From NCBI GenBank assembly GCA_030390025.1, contig CM059438.1, positions 55,802,001 to 55,866,000 of the forward strand: a stretch of DNA of 64,000 bases, given 5' to 3'. Positions 47,936-61,400 of this stretch are shown in pieces. How positions within the stretch are numbered: position 1 is the stretch's first letter; each line of letters starts with the position of its first letter. Under the pieces are notes generated by a model. It did no database searches and was not told the origin of the DNA. It saw only the letters and a list, made by a program, of their open reading frames with translations. The position numbers were made by a program, and so were the translations under genes. This DNA is from Squalus acanthias. Lineage: Eukaryota.

Positions 47936-49755
47936 AAATATTCAATTTCATCCACCTACAACTTCAACTAGATCTAGTAATTAGTTAAAAACAAAACTGT
48001 AAGCTAAGTTAATTAAATACATAAACTTTAATTAACTAAATAAATAAAACAAGGTTATAAAAGGATGGCAGTGCAGGTGGTGCGCCGCAACTGCAGCATG
48101 TGGGAATTTGTGGAGAGCATTGTGATCCCGGACAACCACGTTTGCAGTAAATGCCTGTATCTCGAGGAACTTCAGCTCAGAGTTGTTGAGCTGGAGTCTG
48201 AGGTGCAGACATTGCGGGGCATCAGGGAGGGGGAGAGTTATCTGGACACTTTGAACCAGGAGGGAGTCACACCCCTTAGGTTAGGTAGTAGTACAGGTCT
48301 GGCTAGTGGTCAGGGACAGGAGGGTGTGACTGTGACTCAGACAGGTAAAGGGGCCCCAGGTGCAGTGCTGGAGGAGCCTCAGCCTTTACCCTTATCCAAC
48401 AGGTATGAGGTTCTTGGTGCCTGTGTGGATGAGGGCAAAGTCTGCAGGGTGGATGAGCAAACTGACCACGACACTGTGGTACAGGAGGCCATTCAAGTGG
48501 GGGGAGTGAAAAGGAATGTTGTAGTGGTCTGGGACAGTATAGTCAGGGGGATAGATACTGTTCTCTGCAGCCGCGACTGGGAGTTCCGAAGGTTGTGTTG
48601 CCTGCCAGGGTTAAGGATATCTCCTCGCGGCTGGAGAAGAATTTGGAGTGGGAAGGGGAGGATCCAGTTGTTGTGGTCCATGTAGGAACCAACGTCATAG
48701 GTAGAACTAGGAATGAGGTTCTGCTAAGGGAGTTTGAGGAGCTAGGATCCAAATTAAAAAGCAGAACCTCAAAGGTAATAATCTCTGGATTGTTACCTGA
48801 GCCACACGCAAATTGGCATAGGGACAAGCAGATCAGAGAGTTAAATGCGTGGGTCAGAGAGTGGTGTGGGAGGAAGGAGTTTCGATTCATAGGGCACTGG
48901 CACCAGTACTGGGGAAAGAGGGAGCTGTTCCGTTGGGACGGTCTCCACTTAAACCAGGCTGGGACCAGTGTCCTGGCGAATCGAATAACTGGGGCTGTAG
49001 ACATGGCTTTAAACTATAAAGGGGGGGGTGGAGGGGGTCAGGTGAGGTGAAATTTAGAAATCTATAGAGAAATGTCAAGGCAATGGAGCAGTGTAGCGAT
49101 TTGGGTAAAGATAAGCAGAGTGTGACAGGAAGGGACAGTGAGTTTAAAGGTAATCGTGCGTCAGCGAATAAGATGAAACCAGGGAATAACAGTAAAAAGT
49201 TAAAACTAAAGGCTCTTTATCTGAATGCACGAAACATTCGGAACAAGGTAGATGAATTAGTGGCACAAATAATGATAAATGGGTTTGATCCAATAGCCAT
49301 TACAGAGACGTGGTTGCAAGGTGACCAAGGTTGGGAACTAAATATTACAGGGTTCTTGACATTTCGAAAAGACAGAATGGAAAAGGAGGGGGTAGCCCTG
49401 ATAATAAAGGATGACATAAGGACAGTAGTGAGAAAGAATCTTGGCTCAGAAGATCAGGAAGTAGAATCAGTATGGGTGGAGATAAGAAATAACAAGGGAC
49501 AGAAAATACTGGTAGCAGTAGTATATAGGCCCCCTAACAGTAGCTATACCATTGGACAGAGTATTAATCAAGAAATAACAAGAGCTTGTAACAAAGGTAA
49601 AGCAATAATCATGGGGGACTTTAATCTGCATATAGATTCAGCAAATCAAATTGGCAAAGGTAGTCTGGAGGACGAGTTCATGGAATGTATTCGAGACAGT
49701 TTCCTAGAACAATACATCATGGAACCAACCAGGGAAACAGGCTATTTTGATCTTG

Positions 49756-50145
49756 GGTGAAAAATTTGGTATCAACCATTTTGGGGTGCTAACATCGCCT
49801 GGGCGCTAACTTTAGCACTCAACGCTAATTAGCGCTGGCGACCGCGAAATTGAGTTTTAGCACCCCAAGAGGGAAGTGAAGTGCTCCACTTCCTTCTTAG
49901 GCCGCTAACGTTGGAGAGCGGGGTGGAGACTTCAGCAGTGCTGCCACGTTCAAAGGCTCCATCCCTCCCTTAAAGGGAAGGGCCATCGCTGCAGGCTCTG
50001 CAATTTAAAAAGTACCTGCCTGGGCCACCAAGGCAGCCGTGATCCAACGCGATCAGCCCGGCGCGCAAGCAGCGTGCCGGGTTGACCGATCACGGGCAGG
50101 AACCCGCGAAAAAACAAGAACAGGAAATCTAAGTTTTTTTCCTCT
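49756..50145. mobile_element. One-ended GC-rich insertion (probable DNA transposon fragment) in CR1 ORF2
   Basis: CR1 homology breaks at GCTATTTTGATCTT and resumes at TTAAGTCCGACACTAG, with roughly 100+ nt of CR1 missing relative to the copy at ~59570-59710. Confidence 0.5.
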
Positions 50146-51653
50146 TAAGTCCGACACTAGAGTCTTATACTTAAACAAAGCCAATTACGTAGGTATGAGG
50201 GCGAGTTGGCTAAGGTAGATTGGAAAATTAGATTAAAAGGTATGATGGTAGACAAGCATTGGCAAACATTTAAAGAAATATTTCATAATTCTCAATGAAT
50301 ATACATTCCATTGAGAAATAAAAACTCCACGGGAAAAGTAATCCATCCGTGGCTAACTAAAGAAGTTAAGGATAGCATTAGATTGAAAGAAGAAGCTTAT
50401 AAGGTTGCAAAGAATAGTAGTAAGCCTGAGGATTGGGAGAGTTTCAGAAACCAGCAAATGATGACCAAAAAATTGATTAAAAAAGGAGAAAATAGAATAT
50501 GAGAGTAAATGAGAAACAAATATAAAAACAGATTGTAAGAGCTTCTGTAAAAAGGAAGAGAGTAGCAAAAGTAGGCATTGGTCCCTTAGAGACTGAGACA
50601 GGGGAAATTATATTGGGGAACAAGGAAATGGCAAAGGCTTTAAACAAATATTTTGTATCTGTCTTCACAGTAGAAGACACAAAAAGTATACCAAAAATAG
50701 TGGGGAACCAAGAGGCTAATGAGAGTGCGGTACTTAAAGTAATTAATATAAGTAGAGAAAAGGTACTTGAGAAACTAATGGGACTAAAAGCCGACAAATC
50801 CCCTGGACCTGGTGGCCTACATCCTAGGGTTCTAAAAGAGATGGCTATAGAGACAGTGGATGTATTGGTTTTGATCTTCCAAAATTCCCTAGATTCAGGA
50901 AAGGTCCCAGCGGATTGGAAGGTAGCAAATGTAACACTGCTATTCAAGAAAGGAGGGAGAGAAAAAACATGGAACTGCAGTTAGCCTAACATCAGTGGTA
51001 ACAGGGTACTTAGAAAATCATAATATGATTAGACAGAGTCAACACAGTTTTATGAAATGTAAATCGTGTTTGACAAATTTATTACAGAGTTTTTTGAGGG
51101 TGTAACTAGCAGGGTAGATAAAGGGGAACAAGTAGATGTAGTATATTTGGATTTCCAAAAGGCATTCGATAAGGTGTCACATAAAAGGTTGTTAAGCAAA
51201 ATAAGGGCTCATGGGGTTCGGGGCAAGGTATTAGCATGGATAAAGGATTGGTTAACAGACAGAAAACAGAGAGTAGGAATAAACGGGTCATTTTCCAATT
51301 GGCAGGCTGTAACTAGTGGGGTGCCGCAGGGATCAGTGCTTGGGCTTCAGCTATTTACAATCTATATTAATGACTTAGATGAAGGGATGGAGTGCAATGT
51401 ATCCAAGTTTTCTGACAATACAAGTTAGGTGGGGAAGTAAGCTGTGAGGTGAGATGTGCAAAGAGCCTGAAAAGGGATATAGACAGGTTAAGCGAGTGGC
51501 CAATAAGGTGGCAGATAGAGTATAATATAGAGAAATGTGAGGTTATTCACTTTGGTAGGAAGAATAGAAAAACAGAATATTTTTTAAATGGTGAGTAACT
51601 ATTAAATGTTGGTGTTCAGAGAGATTTGGGTGTCCTCGTACAGGAAACACAGA

Positions 51654-53341
51654 GGGCTGGATTTTCCGGGGGGTCAGTGGGTGGGATCGGTGGCGGGTCG
51701 GGTGGAAAATGTGATTTTTTTTGACAGCGGATCGGGTCCCCACTTTCAACCCGCCACAACGTGCCTTTCCCACAGGTGCATCTGTGAGCTCCGATCCGAC
51801 CTGACCCGCAGAGGCGGGTGACCCAATTTAAACAATTATCTGGTTGTTAAGAGACCCTTAATAATCCTTTTAACCTTGCCTTTTCACTTTAACTGCTCGC
51901 CCACAGGGTCCATTCTGCTCGGGGATCACGTCAGTGAATCTGAGGCGGGAGTTGAATGGTCATTGAATCAGCTGATTACTTGACAGCTTGAAATGTGCTA
52001 TAAAAGCTCCCACCTCACAGCTGTTCACTTTCCAAGTGCAGAAGCTGTTGCTTACTCCATTTGGAACACAGATTGAGCTTTATGCAGGTTGTAAGTGTTT
52101 GGAGCAAAGTCTCTAGCCAGTGTCACCTCATTGGAACAACCTCTCTCACCATTGACAGATTGCTTCTGTCATCTCTAGTTCACCTGCCATCTATTCCATC
52201 AACATGGGTGGCCTTTATACTCTCTCACCTTGGTCCTCAGAATCCGACAATGATCATCCCCAACACCAGCATCACCAGGCACACCAGCACCACCACCAAC
52301 AACAACACCAACCTTCTCCGCAATCACTTGATGCTGCACAGGACACAGGGCATCAGCACCCAACCACATTGCTGCCCGGGAGGCCAGGGATGGCCTCACC
52401 ATGGCCAGATTTACTTCACTTGACGCTGTACACCCTGGCTGCCACATGATGCGCCAGGTTGCCACCTCCCCATACCAACACCGTGAAGCATCCCTACATG
52501 TCCAAGCCATTCCTTTCATACTCGGCACCATTGCGGGGGCCACCGTTATCTCTCACTATTCACTGCAACTCTCTAAGCCGCTTCCAAAGGTGCACACAAA
52601 TCTGTCCAAGACCAGAAAGTGTTGAAAATAAAGGTTTCAATGTTTGACAGCACATTAACAGAAACTTTACAGGAACATTGGCTAAAAGACCCAAGTGCCT
52701 ACCCTTGTGTGTTGTTAGTTGGTATGATTGCAGTAGGATGAGGGTGAGTGTGAGGGGTGGCTAGTGAGATGGGGATGTGATAATGTAGATAGAGAGAGAG
52801 GAATGGGTGGACGTGCAAGGTATGTTGGTGTGAGTAAGGATGTGCAGGAATAGGGTAGGGAAGGCAGAGTGATGGGGATGTGATGAGAGGCACAGCAGGA
52901 TGAAGGTGAGTGTGGCTTTGCAGTAACGTTTCGTTGCTGCATTTCCAGGCTGTGTTGGTGTCCTGGGGAGGTCTCTTCCGCCCATGGGAAAGGAAAAGGA
53001 CCTCCCTGCATGCTCTGACTCCCTCCATAAGCATATGGAGGAAGTGATGGGAGCGCCTGGGTGCAGCCGTGCACCTTTGTGCAGTCATTGTCAGTGTTTG
53101 CAGCATCTCAGTTATGTAGAACACTGACAGCACAAATGTTAAAAGAAAGTTGGCCACAGTCCCTTTAAGGAAACCGGCTGATGATGCATCATGAATGACG
53201 TCACCAGACCCACTTCCTCTAATTGGCCTGGGAAATGCGCTGGGCGGGCTTAACAAGCCCTATCAACGTAAAATCATTTTCCAGAGCGGGATGGAGTCGG
53301 CAGCGGGGTCGGGACCCGCCGAGGTCAATAAAATCATGGCC
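51654..53341. mobile_element. Non-autonomous Harbinger (internal-deletion derivative) inserted in CR1
   Basis: TIRs GGGCTGGATTTT / AAAATCATGGCC, TSD AGA; homologous to both arms of 54175-58326 but lacks the transposase core and most of the Myb gene. Confidence 0.85.
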
Positions 53342-54724
53342 AGAGAGTTAACATGCAGGTACAGCAAGCAATAAGGAAGGCAAATGGCATGTTGACCTTT
53401 ATTGCAAGGGGGTTGGTGTATAAGAGTAAGGAAGTCTCGCTACAATTGTACAGGGCTTTGGTGAGACTACACCTGGAGTACTGTGCACAGTTTTGGTCTG
53501 CTTATCTAAGGAAGGATATACTTGCCTTGGAGGTGGTGCAACGAAGGTTCACTAGATTGATCCCTGGGATGAGAGGGTTGTCCTAGAGGAGAGATTGAGT
53601 AGATTGGGCCGATACTCTCTAGAGTTTAGAAGAATGAGAGGCGATCTCATTGAAACATACAAGATTCTGAAAGGGATTGACAGGGTAGATGCTGAGAGGT
53701 TGTTTCCCCTGGCTAGGGAGTCTAGAACCAGGGTCACAGTCTCAGGATAACGGGTCGGCCATTTAAGACTGAGATGAGGAGGAATTTCTTCACTCAAAGG
53801 GTTGTGAATCTTTGGAATTCTCTACCCCAGAGGGCTGTGGATGCTGAATCATTGAGTATATTCAAGACAGAGATCGATAGATTTTTGGACTCTGGGGGAA
53901 TCAAGGGATATGGGGATCGAGCAGGAAAGTGGAGTTGAGATCGAAGATCAGCCATGATCTTACTGAATGGCGGAGCAGGCTCGAGGGGCCGTATGGCCTA
54001 CTCCTGCTCCTAATTCTTATATTCTTATCAAACCTGCTGAAGTGCCCACCACAGTGGAATAGCCCATTAAGATCAACCCAGAGGCACACAATTAAAGACC
54101 TTGAGTGATTTACTGGAGGATGACTTACACTGATAGAACAGTAACCCTAGCAACCTATCACACCTCAGACAACATGGCCGGAATTTTCATTCGTCTGTGC
54201 GTGCGGGATTGAAGGCGGGTCGGGAGTGAAAGTGGAAATAAACCGGAGCGGGTCAGGAACCCGCCGTCTCCCCGCCTCCCCCCGCCTTTAACTCGGGCGC
54301 ATTTGCCAACATGGCAGCGACCCGAACGGCGTTGGCGGGCGACCTCATTTAGATCATCAGCAACTTGTTGTCAGTCACTTAACCGTCTTTTTAACCAGAC
54401 CTTTTGAATTTCACTGCAAGCCCACGGGGATCACGCAGCCCGGGAACCACGTCTGTCAAGCTGAGGCGCAAGTTCAGTGGCCATTGATCGAAGTCATTAC
54501 TGCAGAGCATGGAAAGCACAATAAATACTGCCACCTGACTCCTGCTTACATTCCTAAGGGAAAGGTTCTTGCTGGGTGCATTTTCAGCTCAGATTCAGGT
54601 GTCTACAGTTTGCAAGTCTTTTCTGCAAATTTGGAAATCACTGTCACCTCATTGCTACTACCTATCACACCATTGACAGATTGCTTCTCTGATCTCTACT
54701 TGACCTGCCATTTATTACATCAGC

Positions 54725-55933
54725 ATGGGTGCCGTTTATACTGTCTCACCTTGGTCCTCAGAATCGGACCACAATCAGCCCCAACACCAGCAACACCAAC
54801 AACAACACCACCAACATTCTCCTCAATATCCTGATGCTGCACAGGACAGAGGGCATCAGCGCAGGGCTGCACCGCGCCGGAGGCAATACCCCCAACACAG
54901 GGTATACAGGCAGAGGATGAGCTTCCTCAACATGACAGAGCAGCAGTGCCAAAGGAGGCTCAGGGTCTCGTGCCAGGTCGTCGCAGACATTTGCAGCTTT
55001 CTGGAGCAAGACCTGCAGCCCAGAGGACCGGGTGGACACTCCTTACCAGTGGCTGTCAAAGTCACCAGTGCCCGCAACTTCTTCGCCTCAGGCTCCTTCC
55101 AGGGATCTGCAGCAGACATTTGCGGCATCTCGCAGTCGGCTGCCCACAGATGCATCACACAGGTCACCGATACCCTGTTTGACAAGTCAGCCAATTATAT
55201 CAACTTTGCCACTGATGAAGCCAGTGTTACTGAATGGGTGCTCGGTTTTGCCGCTCTGGCTGACTTCCCACGGGTGCAGAGTGTCATCGACTGCACACAT
55301 GTGGCCATCAGGGCTCCCCATCATCACCCAGGTGTGTTTGTCAACCACAAGGGCTTTCACTCCCTCAATGTCCAGCTCATTTGCAACCATAGGAAGATCA
55401 TCATGCATGTGTGTGCCAAATTCCCAGGCAGCTGCCATGACTCTTACATCCTTCGCCAGTCCACCCTCCCTCAGCTCTTCACTCCTCCAAACAGACTTAC
55501 CGTCTGGCTGCTTGGAGACAAGGGCTATCCACTGAAGACGTGGCTCATGACACCCTTGAGGAGGCCAAGTACTGAGGCCCAGGAGAGATACAATGAAAGC
55601 CACATTTCCACCAGATGTGTCATAGAGCAAGCAATAGGCATGCTGAAAATGCGCTTCAGATGCCTTGACAGATCTGGAGGAGCCCTTCAGTACGCACCAG
55701 CCAGAGTCTCCAGAATCATCGTGGTCTGCTGCACCCTGCACAACATAGCACAGCAGTGAGGATTAGCGCTGCATGAGGAGCAAGGCACTGAGTGCACAGC
55801 CTCTTCAGAGGAGGAGCAGCTGGAAGATGAGGAGGAGGAGCAGGAGGAAGCTATGGTCCAGATCCCACCAGCACCCGAGCACATTGCTGTCCGGGTGGCC
55901 AGGAATGGCCTCATCATGGCCAGATTTACTTAA
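54725..55933 (+). pseudogene. HARBI1-like transposase; 344-aa open ORF with premature TGA at 55757-55759 before the acidic tail
   Basis: IDCTH, HDS, GDKGY, IEQAIG DDE motifs; the homologous tail (acidic run, EHIA...ARF) continues after the stop as in copy 1. Confidence 0.88.
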
Positions 55934-56219
55934 CTTCAGGCAGTACACCCATATGGCTGCCACATGCTGTGCCAGGTTCCCAACATCCCACAGCAACACC
56001 ATAAAGCATCCCTACAATGACCAAGCCATTCCTTTCACACTGACTCCCATTGCTGGAGGTAACGTCATGTCTCACCATTCACTGCAACTCACTAAGCCAC
56101 TTCCAAAGTAGCAAACAAAATTGGGCATGACCAGAAAGTAGTGAAAATAAATAGTTGTAGATGTGACATAAGAGTAACGGAACCTTAACAGAAACAGCCG
56201 TGTGCTGACCCCTGTGCAT

Positions 56220-57992
56220 CTACTTCTGTGTCATCTTTCTCTTCCCAGTGCTTCTACGAGGTAAAGGCTTCACCACAGGTAGAGGCAGGCTGCTCACTTC
56301 CCTGCTGCGACTGCATAGACAATTTTGGCAGATGTCCTCTGGGTTTTGCAGCCTGTGATGGCCCCGCCAAAGTCTGCTCCTCCTGTGACTGTGCAGGGGC
56401 AGACTAGGCTATCGCAATGCCAGGAGGCATCTGGGGCTCTGGCTGAGGGAGAGGCAATGGGGGAGAAGTGTGAGCGCTTTGAGAGGAGCTCACAGATCCA
56501 TTTCCCCTCTCACCATCATCCCTCTCATGGGCCACCCGCACTTCCCTGCTAACAAGGAGCTGGAGAGCACCTTGCTGCACATCAGTGGGGCCATGAGGAC
56601 CCAAGTCTGCGGTGACATCCCTCCTAGACAGGAGGTCTATGAGCCTCTGCCATCTATTCTCCATAGAGACCATGTGCTCCTATGAGTGGCGCATTAGGTG
56701 GCCATCCTATCCATGGAGGAGCCTACGGTCGCCATCGCCTGTGACACGGTGGTACTCATGTTGGAGATGGACTCCTCCATTCTCTGAACATTTGCAGCCA
56801 TCGCGCTCGCAAAACCTGACAGAGCCCCCTGCACTGCTTGCTGCACCTCCAGGATCGCCCTCTTTCTGGATGGCCCCCGAAGCTCAGCGTCTGCATGCAG
56901 CTGAGCAGAGCTAGCAGCGTCCTGCGCCCTCCAGCAAGGACTTTCCACTGCTGTCTCTGTCTCCACCATATGCTCTGGCGCACTTGTGAGTTGTGAGACA
57001 CCAGGTGACAACACTACTCTATCTCGCGTGGGACCCACCGAGGTGTGTGTATCTGCGCTGGTGCTGGGTGCGCTCATGTCTGCTGACGGTGCACCCTCAG
57101 AGGCTGGAGACTCCTCTGAAGAGTCGTCTTCCTCATTCACCAACATTCACTGGCTGCTGACATCAGTCCCCATGTGAGTGACTGCTGTGTGCCATGTGGC
57201 TGTATGAGATGTAATTCTGTCACCAGGTTGCTGAGATGTCCCCCTCTCTCCGTCTCCCACCTCCAGCTGCTCTGCAACTCCTGAAACTTCAAGGGCCACC
57301 TCCTCTGCTTGAGTCAACGTGGCCAATGATGGAGGGCCACCTCTGGTTCTCTCCCTCGTCCTCTTATTGTGGGCTCTCTTCTCCTGCAAGGAGGGTAAGA
57401 AGAGAAGTTTGAGTGAGAGTGATGGAATGAGAGTAAGGAATGGTTGGGTTACATCTGTAGAGAGTGACTATGATGGAGTGGGATGCCAAAGCCAAGTGGC
57501 CTCCTTGTATGGTGTTACTTGGTATGATTGCATTAGGATGAAGGTGAGTGTGAGGAGTGGTTAGTCAGGTGGGGATGTGATGCGGAGATGCCGGCGTTGG
57601 ACTGGGGTGGACAAAAATGAGAAGTCGCACAACACCAGGTTATAGTCCAACGTGGGGATGTGATAATGTAGATAGAGAGGGATGGGTGGACGTGCAAGGT
57701 ATGTTGGTGTGAGTAATGATGTGCAGGAGTAGGGTTGGGAAGGCAGAGTGATGGGGATGTGATGAGAGGCACAGCAGGATGAAGGTGAGTGTGGATTTGC
57801 ACTCACATTTCCTGATCTAATGAGATCACTGAAGCGCTTCCGGCACTGCACCCAGGTCCTCCTGACCACATCCTTGCTGTTGACCTCCTCTACAATCTCC
57901 AGCCAGGCTCTTTTGGTCTCCTGGGGAGGTCTCTTGCTGCCATCTGCTGGGAAGAGGACCTCCCTGCGTGCTCTCACTCCCTCCACAAGCAT
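56220..57992 (-). pseudogene. Harbinger Myb/SANT-like gene, 3 exons
   Basis: Exon 1 ends at donor GTGAGT (~57806); exon 2 ~57383-57224 (EKRAHNKRTRERTRGG) with AG/GT borders; exon 3 with coiled coil and a frameshift; ends approximate. Confidence 0.8.
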
Positions 57993-58429
57993 ATGCAGGA
58001 GTCATCTGAGAACCTGGGTGCAGCCCTCTACCTCTGTGCAGTCATGTGTGCAAGGCTCAGCAAGACCCAAAAGCCTGCACACTCTAAGATGAAGCTTCAA
58101 ATGCAATGTGGCCAAGGCTCCTTTAAATACCCCGGCTGGAAATGAGTCATCGATGACATTATCAGACCCGTACCATTTAATAGGGCCGGGAAACACGCAG
58201 GCCTGCCTTAATAGGCCCCATTAAGGGAAAGTCGCTCAGAGACGTGCGATGAAAAGAACAACGGGGTCCCAACCCGCCACGCCAACCGGCCGCACCCAAC
58301 CCGCCCAGGTAAAGAAAATCCGGCCCACAGGTGGGATTCTCCTCTCTGGGGTGGAGTAGCAGTGGGGTGGGGCTTCCGACCATTCCTCTATCTCTGACCC
58401 GACCCTCGCTCACTCATTCAATACATAGA

Positions 58430-61400
58430 GCAGGATTCCCACAGCCAGGAGCGTGAGTCCCGAAGGCTATGTTGCCAGGGTAAAGGACATCTCCTCCGGG
58501 CTGGAGAAGAACTTGGAGTAGAGTCCATGTAGGTACCAACAACATAGGTAGGACTAAGAAAGAGGTTCTGCTGAGAGAGTTTGAGTAGCTAGGGACTAAA
58601 TTAAAAAGCAGAACCACAAAGGTCATAATCTCTGGATTATTACCAGAGCCATGAGCAAATTGGCATAGGGTCAATAGGACTCAAAGATTGGTGTGGGAGA
58701 AGTGAGTTTCGATTCGTGGGGCACTGGCACCAATACTGGGGAAAGAGAGAGCTGTTCCATTGGGACGGACTACACCTGAACCATGCTGGGACCAGAGTTC
58801 TAGCGAATCGAATAACTAGGGAGGTAGATAGGGCTTTAAACTAAATAAGTGGGGGGGAGGGTCCCGGTGGAGAGAAATCTAGAATGCTAAAAAGAAAAGA
58901 CAAGGAAGCAGTGCAGGAAAGTGATTGGGGTAAGGATAACCAAGAAGGGACAGAGTGTACAAACAAAGGAGTGCACGAACAAATAGGGCCATAGTACAAA
59001 AAAATGTTAAAATGTCTAAAAATGTTAAAAAGACAAATCTAAAGGCACTGTATCTGAATGCACGAAGCATTCGTAATAAGGTAGACGAATTAACAGCACA
59101 AATAGATGTAAACGGATACGATATAATTGCAATTACGGAGACATGGCTGCAGGGTGACCAAGACTGGGAGCTGAATATCCAAGGATATTCGATATTTAGG
59201 AAGGACAGGCAAAAAGGAAAAGGGTGGCATTGTTAGTAAAGGATGAAATCAGAGCAATAGTGAGAAAGGGTATTGGCTCACAAAATCAAGATGTAGAATC
59301 AGTCTGGGTGGAGCTAAGAAGCACCAAGGGGCAGAAAACATTGGTGGGAGTTGTCTATAGGCCTCCAAACAGTAGTGGTAATGTAGGGGATGGCAACAAA
59401 CAGGAAATTAGAGATGCATGTAACAAGGGTACTACAGTGATCATGGGTGACTTTAATCTACATATAGACTGGCCAAACCAAATTAGCAATAATACTGTGG
59501 AGGATGAATTCCTGGAGTGTGTACGAGATGGTTTTTTTACCAGTACGTTGAGGAGCCAACTAGGGAACAGGCTATCCTAGATTGTGTATTGTGCAATAAG
59601 AAGGGGTTAATTAATAATCTTGTAGTGCGGGGTCCTTTAGGGACGAATGACCATAACATGATAGAATTCTTCATTAAGATGGAAAGTGAAGAAGTCCAAT
59701 CCGAAACTAGGGTCCTAAATCTAAACAAAGGAACTACGAAGGTATGAGGAGTGAGTTGGCAATGATAGATTGGGAAGCTTCATTAAAAGGCATGACAGTG
59801 GATAGGCAATGGCTAACATTAAAGGAACAAATGCATGAATTGCAGCAGTTATACATTCCTTTCTGGCGCGAAAACACAAAAGGAAAAGCGGCTAAAAGTG
59901 GTTAACAAAATAAATTAAGGATAGTATTAGATCCAAAGAGGAGTCATTTAAAGTTGCCAGAAAAAGTAGCAAGCCTGAGGATTGGGAGCAGTTTAGATTT
60001 CAGCAAAAAAGGACCAAGAGATTGATTAAAAGGGGAAAAATAGAGTATGAGAGTAAACTTGCAAGGAACATAAAAGCGGATTGTAAAAGCTTCTACAAGT
60101 ATGTAAAAAAAAAGATTAGTGAAGACAGTCAGAAATAGGAGAATTTATAATGGGGAACAAGGAAATGGCTGAGCAATTGAACAAATACTTTGGTTCTGTC
60201 TTCACGGAAGAGGACACAAATAACTTCCCAGAAATGCTAGGGAACCAAGGGTCCAGTGAGAAGGAGGAATTAAAGGAAATTAGTATTAGTAAAAAAATAG
60301 TGCTGGAGAAATTAATGGGACTGAAAGCCAATAAATCCCCAGGATGATAATCTGCATCCCAGAGTACTAAAAGAGGTAGCCATGGAAATAGTGGATGCAT
60401 TGGTTGTCATCTTCCAAAATTCCATAGATTATGGAACAGTTCCTGCAGATTGGAGGTGGCAAATGTAACCCCACTATTTAAAAAAGGAGGGAGAGAGAAA
60501 ACAGGGAACCAGAGAGTTAGCCTAACATCAGTAGTAGGGAAAATGCTAGAGTCTATTATAAAGGATGTGATAACAGGACACTTAGAAAATATCAACGGGA
60601 TTAGACAAAGTCAACATGGATTTATGAAAGGGAAATCGTGTTTGACAAACCTACTGGAGTTTTTTGAGGATGTAACTGGTAGAATAGAGAAAGGAGAACC
60701 AGTGGATGTGGTGTATTTGGATTTTCAGAAGGCCTTTGATAAAGTCCCACATAAGAGGTTAGTGTGCAAAATTAAAGCACATGGGATTGGGGGTAATATA
60801 CTGGCATGGATTGAAAATTGGTTAACAGACAGGAAACAGAGAGTAGGAATAAATGGGTCTTTTTCGGGGTGGCAGGCGGTGACTAGTGGGGTACCGCAGG
60901 GATCAGTGCTTGGGCCCCAGCTATTCACAATATATATCAATGATTTGGATGAGGGAACCAAATGTAATATTTTCAAGTTTGCTGACGACACGAAACTAGG
61001 TGGGATTGTGAGTTGTGAGGAGGATGCAAAGAGGCTTCAAGGCAATTTAGACAAGTTGAGTGAGTGGGCAAATACATGGCAGCTGCAGTATAACGGGGAT
61101 AAATGTGAAGTTATCCTCTTCGGTAGGAAAAACAGAAAGGCAGAGTAATATTTAAATGGTGCTAGATTGGGAAATGTTGATGTACAAAGGGACCTTGGTG
61201 TCCTTGTACACCAATCACTGAAAGCAAACATGCAGGTGCAGCAAGCAGTTAGGAAGGCAAATGGTATGTTGGCCTTCATTGCAAGGGGATTTGAGTACAG
61301 GAGCAAGGATGTCTTACTACAGTTGTACAGGGCCTTGGTGAGACCGCACCTGGAGTACTGTGTGCAGTTTTGGTCTCCTTACCTACGAAAGGATATACTT

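Larger units (their letters stand above)
46290..54027 (+). mobile_element. Near full-length CR1 LINE (ORF1, ORF2, 3' UTR), decayed, with three nested insertions
   Basis: ORF1 48065-49050 (Cys finger/leucine zipper, SGNH esterase DSIVRG, HVGTN, DGLHL); APE endonuclease LYLNARNIRNK, AITETW, MGDFN; RT 50613-51650 resuming at 53342; tail TTCTTATATTCTTAT; 5' boundary approximate. Confidence 0.85.
54175..58326. mobile_element. Full-length Harbinger transposon (transposase plus Myb-like gene)
   Basis: TIRs TGGCCGGAATTT / AAAATCCGGCCC, TSD ACA; two convergent genes. Confidence 0.88.
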
